From an uncultured beta proteobacterium (GTDB lineage: Bacteria > Pseudomonadota > Gammaproteobacteria > Burkholderiales > JACQAP01): 64,000 nt of DNA. The stretch lies in the NCBI GenBank assembly GCA_963789945.1, contig CAWBMN010000018.1:105156-169155 (forward strand), written 5' to 3'. The translations under genes were made by a program, and so were the position numbers. A model generated the notes under the pieces. It saw only the letters and a list, made by a program, of their open reading frames with translations. It had not been told where the DNA came from and searched no databases. Positions 8,406-18,427 of this stretch are shown in pieces. Position 1 is the first letter of the stretch. Every line of letters begins with the position of its first letter.

Positions 8406-9205
8406 ACCGATCAATGAAGATGCCCCGCACGCGCGCCGGGTTTGCCCTGGCCTGCCTTTGTGCCGCCTCGTTTTTGCCGGCCGCTGGGAACGCCGATGCC
8501 CGCACGCTTGCCGAAGTGAAATCGTTGGGCGCGATTTCCATGTGCGCCAATCGGGATGCGCTCCCCTATGCCAGCAACAAGCCGGAAACGCCGGGATTCC
8601 AGATCGAGATCGGACGCGCCATCGCCGAAGGCTTGGGTGTGCCTCTCAACATTGAATGGATCCTGCCGCGAAGGCGCGCCAACGTCGTCAATTGCGACAT
8701 GATGCTCGATAGCATCAATGACCCGAAGGTCCACGAAGGCCGGTTGCTGTTGTCGCGGCCCTACCAGAAATCAGGGCTTGCACTCGGTCTCGGGCGGGAT
8801 GCCGAGGCCATCAGCGACTTCAAGGAACTGAAAAAGGATCAGAAAATCGGCGCGATGGTCAGCTCGGTTGCCAATATGGTCCTCCTCAAGGCGGGCAAGA
8901 CCACGTCGCCCTATGCGTTCCAGTCCGACCTGGTGGAGGATTTGGCGAAGGGCGAGTTGTACGGGGCTGCGGTCTCCATGGCGACCATGAGCTACTACAT
9001 TCTCGAGCACCCGGCATCCGGACTGCGGCTGGTGAATGCCTTCGACAGCGAGCCTCAGCTCACCTGGGAAGTGTCGGTGGGTTTGCGCAAATCGGACCAG
9101 GCACTGGTGGATGCCGTCAACGAGGTACTCGACAGAATGCTGGCAGACGGTAGTCTCACCCGCATCTACGCCAAGTACGGCGTCGAGCATCGCCGGCCGC
9201 AGTAG
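8402..9205 (+). CDS. Periplasmic family-3 solute-binding protein, quinoprotein-dehydrogenase-associated (MoxJ/XoxJ-like)
   Basis: Signal peptide, about 240-aa two-lobe binding-protein composition, start overlapping the cytochrome c stop. The position after a PQQ dehydrogenase and cytochrome c matches xoxFGJ-type clusters. Confidence 0.75.
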   Translation: MNRSMKMPRTRAGFALACLCAASFLPAAGNADARTLAEVKSLGAISMCANRDALPYASNKPETPGFQIEIGRAIAEGLGVPLNIEWILPRRRANVVNCDMMLDSINDPKVHEGRLLLSRPYQKSGLALGLGRDAEAISDFKELKKDQKIGAMVSSVANMVLLKAGKTTSPYAFQSDLVEDLAKGELYGAAVSMATMSYYILEHPASGLRLVNAFDSEPQLTWEVSVGLRKSDQALVDAVNEVLDRMLADGSLTRIYAKYGVEHRRPQ

Positions 9206-9223
9206 GCTCCGGCCGGTGCACGT

Positions 9224-9985
<762 letters not shown>

Positions 9986-9989
<4 letters not shown>

Positions 9990-10537
9990 GGTCGAACCCA
10001 TTTTATCAGTAGACCGTGTACCCGCCCGGCTCGGGATTGCCGCAGTAGCGCATAACCCTCGGGCAACTCCGGCTGCCGGTCGAATTCGAGGTAGACGCGT
10101 GCGCCACCGACCAGATGGCCGGGCAACAGCGGCAACACGCGAGGCAGCAGATGCAGATGATAGGGCGGGTCCAGAAACACCACGTCGTAGCGGCGCGCGT
10201 CGGATTGCAGGAACGCCAGCGCATCGGCGCGCACCAGCTCAACCTGACCGGCGCCAAGAATGGTCTGAGTCGCCTGCAGCGCGCGGAATATCTGCACGTC
10301 GCGCTCCACCATCACTACTTGCCTGGCGCCGCGAGAGGCTGCTTCAAACCCGAGCGCGCCGCTGCCGGCGAACAGATCCAGACAGGTCTTGCCGGTGAGG
10401 TCCTGTCCCAGCCAGTTGAACAGGGTCTCGCGCATCCGGTCCGGAGTGGGCCGCAGGTCCGCAGCGCTGGGGAAACGGATCAGACGGCGGCGCCACTCGC
10501 CGCCGATGATGCGAACGCTGTTGCTGCGCGCCGGCAT
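9986..10537 (-). CDS. rsmD: 16S rRNA (guanine966-N2)-methyltransferase
   Basis: [11 protein letters not shown]...[18 protein letters not shown]...VFLDPPY motifs, and the conserved rsmD-coaD arrangement. Confidence 0.9.
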
Positions 10538-10552
10538 CGGGGCTGCGCCGGT

Positions 10553-11878
10553 TCAAGGCTGTGCCGAGGCGCCGACCACCACCGTGATCATGCGGGCGGG
10601 GTCGATACGGCGGCGCCAGGCGTCATTTACCTGCGCCAGCGTCACGGCCTCGATCCTCGCCGGAAAGTCGTCCAGATAAGTCGGCGGCAGGCGGTAGAAG
10701 CCGATCAGCGACAGGTACTCGAGGATTTTTGCGTTGCTGTCGATGCGCAAAGGGAATCCGCCGACGATGTTCTGTTTTGCGGCCTCGAATTCCTGCTGCG
10801 TCGGACCTTCTGCGACGAATCTCACCAGCGTGTCGCGCGCCACCATGAGGGCTTCCGCTGCCTGATCTTTCCTGGTTTGCAGTCCGATCTGGAACGGCCC
10901 CTCTTGTGCGAGCGGATTGAAGTAACTGTATGCGCTGTAGGCAAAGCCGCGCTTCTGGCGGATTTCTTCAGTGAGGCGGGAGGAGAATCCGCCGCCGCCG
11001 AGCACGTAATTGCCCAACCACAGCGGAAAGTAATCGGGATCGAGGCGCTTGATCCCCGGCTGGCCGATCAGGATATGTGCTTGAGTGGCCGCATGCGTGA
11101 TCCAGTTCGTCTGTTCCTTGGCAATGCGCGGTACCGGCGGCAGCACTGGCAGCGGCACAGCAACCTTCAATCCGGAAGTCAGCTGTTCCGCGATCACGCG
11201 TGCCTGTTCGCGGCTGAGATCGCCGATGATCGAAACCACCGCCACCCCGGCGGAAAAATGGCGGCGGTAGAAATCCATCACATCATCGCGTGCGAGACGT
11301 GCGACCGCGTCGATTTCTCCCGAAGCGCGCAAAGAATAGGGGTGGTCGGCGTAGAGCAGGCGCTTGAATTCCCGGTCGGCAATGGTCTCCGGCTTGGTAT
11401 CGGATTCCTGCAGCGCCGCCAGCATTCGTTCCTTCTCACGTTCAAAGATCGGCTGCGGGAATGTCGGCTTGTGCAGGATGCGCACCAGCACGGCAAGCGC
11501 CTGGTCGCGCTCGCGCACACTGGACAGCGTGCGCAGGCCGTATCCGGCGCGGTCCGTATCGAATCGCCCGCCCATATTCGCACCGACGTCAGCAAGGCGC
11601 TCGGCAATCTGGTCCTCGTCGAGACCTTCCGCGCCCAGTCGAAGCATGCGCAAGGTCAGGGCGGCCAGACCGGACTTCTCGCGCGTGTCGCGGCTGCTTC
11701 CGGCCGGGAAGTCCACGGCCACATCCAGCATCGGCAAATCATGGGTCTCGACAAACAGCACGCGCGCCCCACTCGCCGTCTGCCATTGCTGGATCGGCAG
11801 CATTGCCTGTACCGGCCCCGCGCACGCGACCGCGACGACCGCGAGCACGCGCGCAAGCACTTGTGTGCCGTAAGTCAC
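10553..11878 (-). CDS. M16 family peptidase, non-catalytic-type subunit (no HxxEH)
   Basis: The GTG start overlaps the upstream stop (GTGA at 11875-11878). Signal peptide LAVVAVACAGPVQA. M16 fold signature without the inverted zinc motif. The track ORF 10553..12400 has a spurious N-terminal extension. Confidence 0.8.
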   Translation of the reverse strand: MTYGTQVLARVLAVVAVACAGPVQAMLPIQQWQTASGARVLFVETHDLPMLDVAVDFPAGSSRDTREKSGLAALTLRMLRLGAEGLDEDQIAERLADVGANMGGRFDTDRAGYGLRTLSSVRERDQALAVLVRILHKPTFPQPIFEREKERMLAALQESDTKPETIADREFKRLLYADHPYSLRASGEIDAVARLARDDVMDFYRRHFSAGVAVVSIIGDLSREQARVIAEQLTSGLKVAVPLPVLPPVPRIAKEQTNWITHAATQAHILIGQPGIKRLDPDYFPLWLGNYVLGGGGFSSRLTEEIRQKRGFAYSAYSYFNPLAQEGPFQIGLQTRKDQAAEALMVARDTLVRFVAEGPTQQEFEAAKQNIVGGFPLRIDSNAKILEYLSLIGFYRLPPTYLDDFPARIEAVTLAQVNDAWRRRIDPARMITVVVGASAQP

Positions 11879-13251
11879 GGCCGTTTTCCGTTTTGGGAAG
11901 CGCGCGCGCCGGCGGCGAGCCGCTGCGGATCGAGCACCGCCACCGTCAGGTTGTCGTCTACCAGGTACTTGCGCGCCACCTCGCGCACTTGTGCGGCGCT
12001 GACTTCCTGCAGTTTCTTCATCTGCCGGTCCACTGAGTCGTGGGGCAATCCGACGGTATCCAGCGCACCGATTCGCATCGCCTGGTAGAACACCGAGTCC
12101 TGCGCAAAGACCTGGGCTGCGATAACCTGAGCCTTGACCCGCACTAACTCGTCTTCGCTTATGCCTTCTTCCACCAGACGCCGGATTTGCTCGCGCATCG
12201 CCGTCTCGACCTCGGCTGCGCTTTTGCCCTCTGCCGGAACCCCGTCGAGGAAAAACAGTCCGGGCCCGCGATTGGTGATGTCGTAGCTTGCGCCCGCGGA
12301 ATTGGCGATGCGCTTCGTCTTTACCAGTTCTCTGGGAAGCCGCGCCGCTGCGGACCCGTCGAGCACGCCACCCAATACCGACAGCGCGTAGGGCTCCCAA
12401 TCGTTGTCGACATCACGCAGCACCGGCACGTGATACGCCATCAGCAGGTAAGGCTGCTCGGCGCTCGCCTTTACGTCGATGCGCTTCACGCCCCGTTGCG
12501 CCGGCTCGACTTGCCGCTTGCGCAGCGGCAGCGTGCGCGCTGCAATAGGGCCGAAGAATTTCTCGGCAAGCCGGTACACTTCCTCGGCTTCCACGTCCCC
12601 GCCCACCACCAGCGTGGCGTTGTTCGGCGCATACCACGTCCTGTACCAATCCCTGGCGTCGGCGAGGCGCATGTTCTCCAGGTCGTTCATCCAGCCGATG
12701 ACCGGCATGCGGTAGGGATGCACCGCATAAACTGTCGCCATCATCGCCTCGGAAAGCTGTGCATGCGGGTCGTCGTCGGTGCGCATGCGCCGCTCCTCCA
12801 TGATGACCTTCATTTCCTTGCCGAACTCCTCCTCCGAAAACTGAAGATTCACCATGCGGTCGGCCTCGAGCTCGAGCGCCAGAGCGAGCTTCGATTTGTG
12901 CAGTTGCTCATGGTAGGCGGTGTGGTCGCGCGAGGTAAACGCGTTGCTGCGGCCCCCGGCGCGGGCAATGATCCGGGAAAATTCGCCGCCCGCCACTTTT
13001 TGCGTACCCTTGAACATCATGTGCTCGAGCACGTGCGCCACACCGGTAGTGCCGCTAACTTCATCCATGCTGCCGGCGCGATACCAGACCATGGCCACCA
13101 CCACCGGGGAGCGATGATCCTCTTTGACAATGATCTTCAGGCCGTTGGCAAGCGTGCGTTCGGCCGCGCCGGCCGCGGCCCCTGCCGGGACCATGCAGAC
13201 CAGCACCGACGCCAACACCACCCGGCGCGCGCGCGCAAGTTTATCGAACAT
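11875..13251 (-). CDS. M16 family zinc peptidase, catalytic-type subunit
   Basis: Start at MFDKLARARRVVLASVLVCMVPAGAAAG (signal peptide), with the inverted zinc motif HVLEH in GVAHVLEHMMFKGT. The track ORF extends falsely to 14190 across ftsY. Confidence 0.88.
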   Translation of the reverse strand: MFDKLARARRVVLASVLVCMVPAGAAAGAAERTLANGLKIIVKEDHRSPVVVAMVWYRAGSMDEVSGTTGVAHVLEHMMFKGTQKVAGGEFSRIIARAGGRSNAFTSRDHTAYHEQLHKSKLALALELEADRMVNLQFSEEEFGKEMKVIMEERRMRTDDDPHAQLSEAMMATVYAVHPYRMPVIGWMNDLENMRLADARDWYRTWYAPNNATLVVGGDVEAEEVYRLAEKFFGPIAARTLPLRKRQVEPAQRGVKRIDVKASAEQPYLLMAYHVPVLRDVDNDWEPYALSVLGGVLDGSAAARLPRELVKTKRIANSAGASYDITNRGPGLFFLDGVPAEGKSAAEVETAMREQIRRLVEEGISEDELVRVKAQVIAAQVFAQDSVFYQAMRIGALDTVGLPHDSVDRQMKKLQEVSAAQVREVARKYLVDDNLTVAVLDPQRLAAGARASQNGKRP

Positions 13252-13329
13252 GCTTGTGTGGATGATCCTGGAACAAACAGAATAGAATTGCGGGTCCGGT
13301 TTCGGGTACTGCTGTGACAGCGGCAAAGT

Positions 13330-14286
13330 ATGTTGAGTTTCCTCAGGCGTGACAAGAACGAATCGATCAATGGCGATGGCGGCTGGACGGACCGGCTGCG
13401 CCGGGCGCTGGCCGCCACCCGCTCGCGATTCGGCGGGCAGCTTGCCGCGGTTTTCGGTGGCGGACGCAAAGTGGACGAGCAGCTCTTCGAGGACCTCGAA
13501 GCGGTCCTGCTGTCCTGCGACGTCGGCGTGGAGGCAACGCGTTTTCTCCTCGATCAGACCCGCGCACGCGCGCAGCGCGAACATTTGCAGGAGGCAACGC
13601 AGATTCGTGATGCGTTGCGGCAGGCACTGCTCGAACTGCTTGCGCCGCTGGCGCAACCGCTCGATCTTTCCCGCGCCAAACCTTTCGTGATACTGATGGC
13701 GGGCGTCAACGGCGCCGGCAAGACCACTTCGATAGGCAAACTCGCCAACTTTTTCCGGGGCCAGGGAAAATCGGTTCTGTTGGCGGCTGGCGACACTTTT
13801 CGCGCCGCAGCGCGCGAACAATTGAAAGTCTGGGCCGAACGCAACGACGTCGCGGTAGTCTCTCAGGAAGGCGGCGATACTGCAGCCGTCATTTTCGATG
13901 CCGTTCAATCGGCGTTGGCCAAAGGTATCGATGTCGTCATCGCCGACACCGCCGGACGGCTGCCGACCCAGCCGCATCTGATGGAGGAGATCCGGAAGGT
14001 GAAACGGGTGATCGCCAAGGTAATCCCGGAGGCGCCGCATGAAGTTCTGCTGGTGCTGGATGCCAATACCGGACAGAACGCAATCGCGCAGGTGAAAGCG
14101 TTCGACCAGGCGCTGGGCGTTACCGGGATCATCCTGACCAAGCTCGACGGCACCGCCAAAGGCGGAGCCATCGCCGCCATTGCGCGCCACAAACCGATTC
14201 CGCTGCGCTTTGTGGGCGTTGGCGAAGGCATTAACGATCTGCGGCCGTTCTCGGCCGTGGAATTCGTGGAGGCATTGTTCGAATGA
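13330..14286 (+). CDS. ftsY: Signal recognition particle receptor
   Basis: NG domain motifs GVNGAGKTTSIGKL, DTAGRL, TKLDGTAKGG. Confidence 0.95.
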   Translation: MLSFLRRDKNESINGDGGWTDRLRRALAATRSRFGGQLAAVFGGGRKVDEQLFEDLEAVLLSCDVGVEATRFLLDQTRARAQREHLQEATQIRDALRQALLELLAPLAQPLDLSRAKPFVILMAGVNGAGKTTSIGKLANFFRGQGKSVLLAAGDTFRAAAREQLKVWAERNDVAVVSQEGGDTAAVIFDAVQSALAKGIDVVIADTAGRLPTQPHLMEEIRKVKRVIAKVIPEAPHEVLLVLDANTGQNAIAQVKAFDQALGVTGIILTKLDGTAKGGAIAAIARHKPIPLRFVGVGEGINDLRPFSAVEFVEALFE

Positions 14287-14327
14287 CGCAGGGCCGGCAC
14301 CAGGGAAGCGATGGCCAGGCCTCGCGC

Positions 14328-14981
14328 ATGATCAGCGTCAGCCACATATCGAAGCGCTACACCGGCGGTTACGAAGCGCTGCGCGACGTGACCTTCACCG
14401 TGGAGGCGGGCGAGATGGTATTCATCACCGGCCACTCCGGCGCCGGCAAGAGCACGCTGTTGAAGCTGATTGCGGCAATCGAGATGCCAACTTCCGGCGG
14501 CGTGATCATCAACGGCCAGAACGTCTCGGCGATGAAGTCCGGCGCGATTCCCTATCTGCGCCGCAATTTCGGATTGATATTCCAGGACCACAAACTGCTT
14601 TTCGATCGCAGCGTGTTCGAGAATGTGGCGCTACCGCTGGCGATCACCGGCTTTCCGCGCGGCGAGATCGCGCGGCGGGCGCGCGCAGCGCTCGACAAGG
14701 TCGGCTTGCTGGGGCGGGAAAAGGCCAGGCCGATCACCCTCTCTGGCGGCGAGCAGCAGAGGCTTTGCATCGCGCGCGCCATTGTCAATCGCCCGGCCAT
14801 CCTTCTTGCCGATGAGCCCACCGGAAATCTGGATGCGGCCTATGCGGAAGAGATCATCGGCATGTTCAAGTCGTTCAATCAGGTCGGCGTCACCGTGGTG
14901 ATCGCCACCCACGACGAGGCGCTGATCGGGCGCCTCGGACCGCGCATCCTGCACCTCGACCACGGCAGGCTCACCGCATGA
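14328..14981 (+). CDS. ftsE: Cell division ABC transporter ATP-binding protein
   Basis: MISVSHISKRYTGG...GHSGAGKSTLLKLI...LSGGEQQR. Start chosen by similarity to the canonical FtsE N-terminus; the track start is 14283. Confidence 0.93.
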   Translation: MISVSHISKRYTGGYEALRDVTFTVEAGEMVFITGHSGAGKSTLLKLIAAIEMPTSGGVIINGQNVSAMKSGAIPYLRRNFGLIFQDHKLLFDRSVFENVALPLAITGFPRGEIARRARAALDKVGLLGREKARPITLSGGEQQRLCIARAIVNRPAILLADEPTGNLDAAYAEEIIGMFKSFNQVGVTVVIATHDEALIGRLGPRILHLDHGRLTA

Positions 14982-15883
14982 ACTGGCTGCTGGCCCACTT
15001 TGACACCCTGCGTGAGAGCCTGGTCAGGCTGGCACGCCAGCCTTTCGCTACCGGGTTGAACGTGATTGTGATCGGCATCGCGTTGTCGTTGCCGGTAGGC
15101 TTCTATCTCGGCATCGACAATCTGCAGGCTTTTTCGCGCCAGCTTTCCAGCGACCCGCAGGTCAGCATCTTCATGGCCATGGATGCCGGCGAGGCCGATG
15201 TGTCGGCAGTGGAGCGGCGCTTGCGGTCCCATCCCGAAGTCGGGCGCGTCGATTTCATCCCGCGCGAAACGGCACTGGCGAGACTTAAGCGCAGCGCCGG
15301 ACTGGCGGACGTGCTGGCCGATCTGGAGCGCAACCCTCTGCCCGATGCCTTCGTGGTCACGGCCAGGAGCAATGACCCGTCCACGCTGGAGGCGCTGCGC
15401 GACCAGGCTGTGCGCTGGCCGAAGGTCGAGCATGTGCAACTGGACGCAGAATGGGCACGGCGGCTGGACGCCGCACTCGGAGTCGGACGCCTGCTGGTCA
15501 CGCTGCTGGCCACGCTGCTGGCGTTGGCCCTGGTGGCGGTAACATTCAACACCATCCGCCTGCAGATACTCACCCGCCGCGATGAGATCGAAGTTTCCAA
15601 GTTGATCGGCGCCACCAATCCCTTTATCCGCCGACCGTTCCTTTATCTGGGTGCGCTCCAGGGGCTGGCCGGTGGCTTTGCCGCCTGGGCCGTCGTTACC
15701 CTGGCGGTGTTCGTCCTCAACGTCCAGCTTGCCGAGCTGGCCACGCTTTACGGCACGGCGTTCAAGCTTCAACCCCTGGATGCCGGCGACTCGGCCGTTC
15801 TTCTGGTCTTTTCTGCCGCGCTGGGCTGGCTTGGCGCCTGGCTGTCAGTGAGTCGTCACTTATGGCAGATCGAGCCACGGTGA
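14978..15883 (+). CDS. ftsX: Cell division ABC transporter permease
   Basis: Four-TM protein with a large periplasmic loop, coupled to ftsE by an overlapping stop/start. Confidence 0.9.
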   Translation: MNWLLAHFDTLRESLVRLARQPFATGLNVIVIGIALSLPVGFYLGIDNLQAFSRQLSSDPQVSIFMAMDAGEADVSAVERRLRSHPEVGRVDFIPRETALARLKRSAGLADVLADLERNPLPDAFVVTARSNDPSTLEALRDQAVRWPKVEHVQLDAEWARRLDAALGVGRLLVTLLATLLALALVAVTFNTIRLQILTRRDEIEVSKLIGATNPFIRRPFLYLGALQGLAGGFAAWAVVTLAVFVLNVQLAELATLYGTAFKLQPLDAGDSAVLLVFSAALGWLGAWLSVSRHLWQIEPR

Positions 15884-15986
15884 AGGGCTCCAGCCATCGT
15901 GCGCGGGAACTTCCGGGCCTCCCTGGCACTCCCATGATGAGAGTGCTAATATCTGCGAAAGCTGATGCAGCAAGGAGGAATATTTG

Positions 15987-16850
15987 ATGAACAATGCACT
16001 GACTGTTGCGGTACCGTTCCCGTCGAAAACGGGCAGCTTGGACACTTATGTTCAAGCTGTGAACCGCTACCCGCTCCTGACCCAGGAGCAGGAAACCGCG
16101 CTGGCCCGGCGCCTGCGCGATGAAGATGATGTGGATGCGGCACGCCAATTGGTGCTGTCGCACCTGCGTGTAGTGGTGTCGATTGCCCGCGGCTATCTGG
16201 GTTACGGATTGCCGCACGCCGACCTGATCCAGGAAGGCAACGTCGGCCTCATGAAGGCGGTAAGGCGCTTCGATCCCGAACGCGGCGTGCGGTTGGTGTC
16301 GTTCGCGGTGCACTGGATCCGCGCCGAGATCCACGAATTCATCCTGAAGAACTGGCGAATCGTCAAAGTGGCCACCACCAAGGCGCAGCGCAAACTGTTC
16401 TTCAATCTGCGCAGCCTCAAGCAGGGCCATTCGACCATGAACCCCGAGGCGGTGGCGGACATGGCCAGACTGCTCAACGTCCGGGCAGAAGACGTGGTCG
16501 AGATGGAAACCCGGATGGGCGGACACGACGTGGCGCTCGAACCTTTGTCCGGTGACGAAGACGAGGGTTTCGCGCCCATCGCTTACCTGGCAGACCCTTC
16601 AGATGAGCCCGGCGTCGTGCTCGAACATGACCAGTCTGAACGCGCTCGCAGCCAGGGGCTGGAACAGGCGCTGGCCGCGCTCGACCCGCGCAGCCGTCGC
16701 ATCATCGAGGCACGCTGGCTGCGCGAGCAGGATGCGGCGACACTGCATGAATTGGCAGACGAATTCGGCGTTTCCGCCGAGCGCATTCGCCAGATCGAGG
16801 GCCAGGCGATGAAGAAAATGCGTGTGCTGATGGCGCCAGAGGCGGCCTGA
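15987..16850 (+). CDS. rpoH: RNA polymerase sigma-32 heat-shock factor
   Basis: RpoH box QRKLFFNLR and sigma-70 regions 2 and 4. ATG at 15987 lies 7 nt after AAGGAGGAA. Confidence 0.95.
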   Translation: MNNALTVAVPFPSKTGSLDTYVQAVNRYPLLTQEQETALARRLRDEDDVDAARQLVLSHLRVVVSIARGYLGYGLPHADLIQEGNVGLMKAVRRFDPERGVRLVSFAVHWIRAEIHEFILKNWRIVKVATTKAQRKLFFNLRSLKQGHSTMNPEAVADMARLLNVRAEDVVEMETRMGGHDVALEPLSGDEDEGFAPIAYLADPSDEPGVVLEHDQSERARSQGLEQALAALDPRSRRIIEARWLREQDAATLHELADEFGVSAERIRQIEGQAMKKMRVLMAPEAA

Positions 16851-16875
16851 CCCGGTTGCACAGCTTTACAGGAAA

Positions 16876-16902
16876 AGCTCCGCGAACGCGGGGCTTTTTT
16901 TT
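16876..16902 (+). terminator. Rho-independent terminator of rpoH
   Basis: AGCTCCGCG..CGCGGGGCT stem followed by an 8-T run. Confidence 0.7.
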
Positions 16903-16914
16903 CGGCCGCGCTTG

Positions 16915-17502
16915 CTACGACTGTTGCAGCAGCAAGGCGATGTCGTGGGCAAAAACCTCCGGCCCCTGCCCGTAGCTCACGTACACGCGCAGCCGACCCT
17001 GCGGGTCGAAAACGTAAGTACCAGCGGAATGGTCCATGGTGTAGCTGTCCGGGCGCGCGCCGGCGACTTTCTGGTAGATGATCTTGAATTCCTTCGCCAC
17101 CCGCGCGGTCTCCTCCGCAGTGCCGCGCAACCCCAGGAAGCGCGGGTCGAATGCGGTCACATACTGCGACAGGATTTGCGGCGTATCGCGTTCCGGGTCC
17201 ACGGTCACCAGCAGCACCTGCACTCTGTCCCCGTCGGGGCCCAGCTTTTTGACCGCCACCGCCAGTTCCGCGAGCGTCGTGGGACACACGTCCGGGCAAT
17301 GCGTGAAACCGAAGAACATCACCACCACTTTGCCGCGAAAGTCGGCCAGCGTCCGCGGCCTGCCGGTATGGTCCGCAAGTGCGAAGTCCCGCCCGAACTC
17401 GGCTCCGGTTATGTCGGTCGCGCGAAAACCAGGCTTGCCTTGCTGGCAGGCGCCAAGTGCGAGCAGGAGAACGAGCAGGCACAGGCGCAGCACGGCTTTC
17501 AT
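16915..17502 (-). CDS. SCO1/SenC copper chaperone (lipoprotein)
   Basis: Lipobox LALGAC, CPDVCP (CxxxC) motif and the downstream His region of the SCO family. Confidence 0.9.
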   Translation of the reverse strand: MKAVLRLCLLVLLLALGACQQGKPGFRATDITGAEFGRDFALADHTGRPRTLADFRGKVVVMFFGFTHCPDVCPTTLAELAVAVKKLGPDGDRVQVLLVTVDPERDTPQILSQYVTAFDPRFLGLRGTAEETARVAKEFKIIYQKVAGARPDSYTMDHSAGTYVFDPQGRLRVYVSYGQGPEVFAHDIALLLQQS

Positions 17503-17515
17503 GACGGGCTCCCGC

Positions 17516-18424
17516 TCAGATGCGGAAGTAGTGATCCACCAGCAGCGCGGCGAACAGCAGCGACAGGTACACGATTGAGTAGCGAAAGGTCTTCTTCGCC
17601 AGTTCGTCGCTGTAGTGCATGCAGATGCGGATTGCGTAGATCAGAAAAACCGCACCCAGCGACACGGCGCTGGCAAGGTAGATTAGCCCGCTCATGCGGC
17701 TGGCGAACGGCAGCGCCGTTACCGCCACCAGGATCACGGTGTAGAACAGCACGTGCAGGCGGGTGAAGCGATCGCCGTGCGTGACCGGAAGCATCGGCAC
17801 GCCGGCCTGGGCGTACTCGTTCTTGCGGTACAGCGCCAGGGCCCAGAAATGCGGCGGGGTCCATGCGAAAATGATCAGGAACAGCAGCAACGCGTCGGAG
17901 GCGACTTCCCCGGTCACCGCCGCCCAGCCAAGCACGGGGGGCATCGCCCCGGAGGCACCACCGATCACGATGTTCTGCGGCGTGAGCGGCTTGAGCAGCA
18001 CGGTGTAGACGACCGCATAGCCGACAAAAGTGGCCAGCGTCAGCCACATGGTGAGCGGATTGACCAGCAGGTACAGGATGGTCAGTCCGAAACCGCCTAC
18101 CATGCCGGCAAATAAAAGTGTTTCCAGCGAAGTGATGGTGCCCATCGGCAGGGGACGGGCGCGGGTACGCGCCATCCTGGCGTCGATCTTCTGTTCCACC
18201 AGGCAATTGACCGCCGCGGCTGAACCCGCCACCAGTGCAATCCCCAAGGTCGCAAACACTGCTGCGAACCAGAACACGGGCGATACCAGACGCTCGGCCG
18301 GTACCGCCAGGAACATTCCGATCACTGCGGTGAAGACAATCAGCGATACCACGCGCGGCTTGGTGAGTTGCAGCAACTGCTGCATCCGCGACGGCTGCGT
18401 CCGGGAGGGAATGGAGACCGACAT
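17516..18424 (-). CDS. ctaB: Protohaem IX farnesyltransferase (haem O synthase)
   Basis: UbiA-family polytopic protein with LTKPRVV and NxxxDxxxD-type regions, within the cox cluster. Confidence 0.93.
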   Translation of the reverse strand: MSVSIPSRTQPSRMQQLLQLTKPRVVSLIVFTAVIGMFLAVPAERLVSPVFWFAAVFATLGIALVAGSAAAVNCLVEQKIDARMARTRARPLPMGTITSLETLLFAGMVGGFGLTILYLLVNPLTMWLTLATFVGYAVVYTVLLKPLTPQNIVIGGASGAMPPVLGWAAVTGEVASDALLLFLIIFAWTPPHFWALALYRKNEYAQAGVPMLPVTHGDRFTRLHVLFYTVILVAVTALPFASRMSGLIYLASAVSLGAVFLIYAIRICMHYSDELAKKTFRYSIVYLSLLFAALLVDHYFRI

Positions 18425-18427
18425 TTG

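Noticed and set aside
10115-12088. 657-aa + strand ORF
   Set aside because: Antisense to rsmD and the two M16 peptidase genes. Arg/Gln/His-rich junk composition with no recognisable domain.
10553-13251. M16 pair as PqqF/PqqG-type PQQ-precursor proteases, given the nearby PQQ dehydrogenase
   Set aside because: Both proteins carry signal peptides, whereas PqqF/G act in the cytoplasm. They are separated from the dehydrogenase by unrelated housekeeping genes, and no pqqA-E genes are present in the window.
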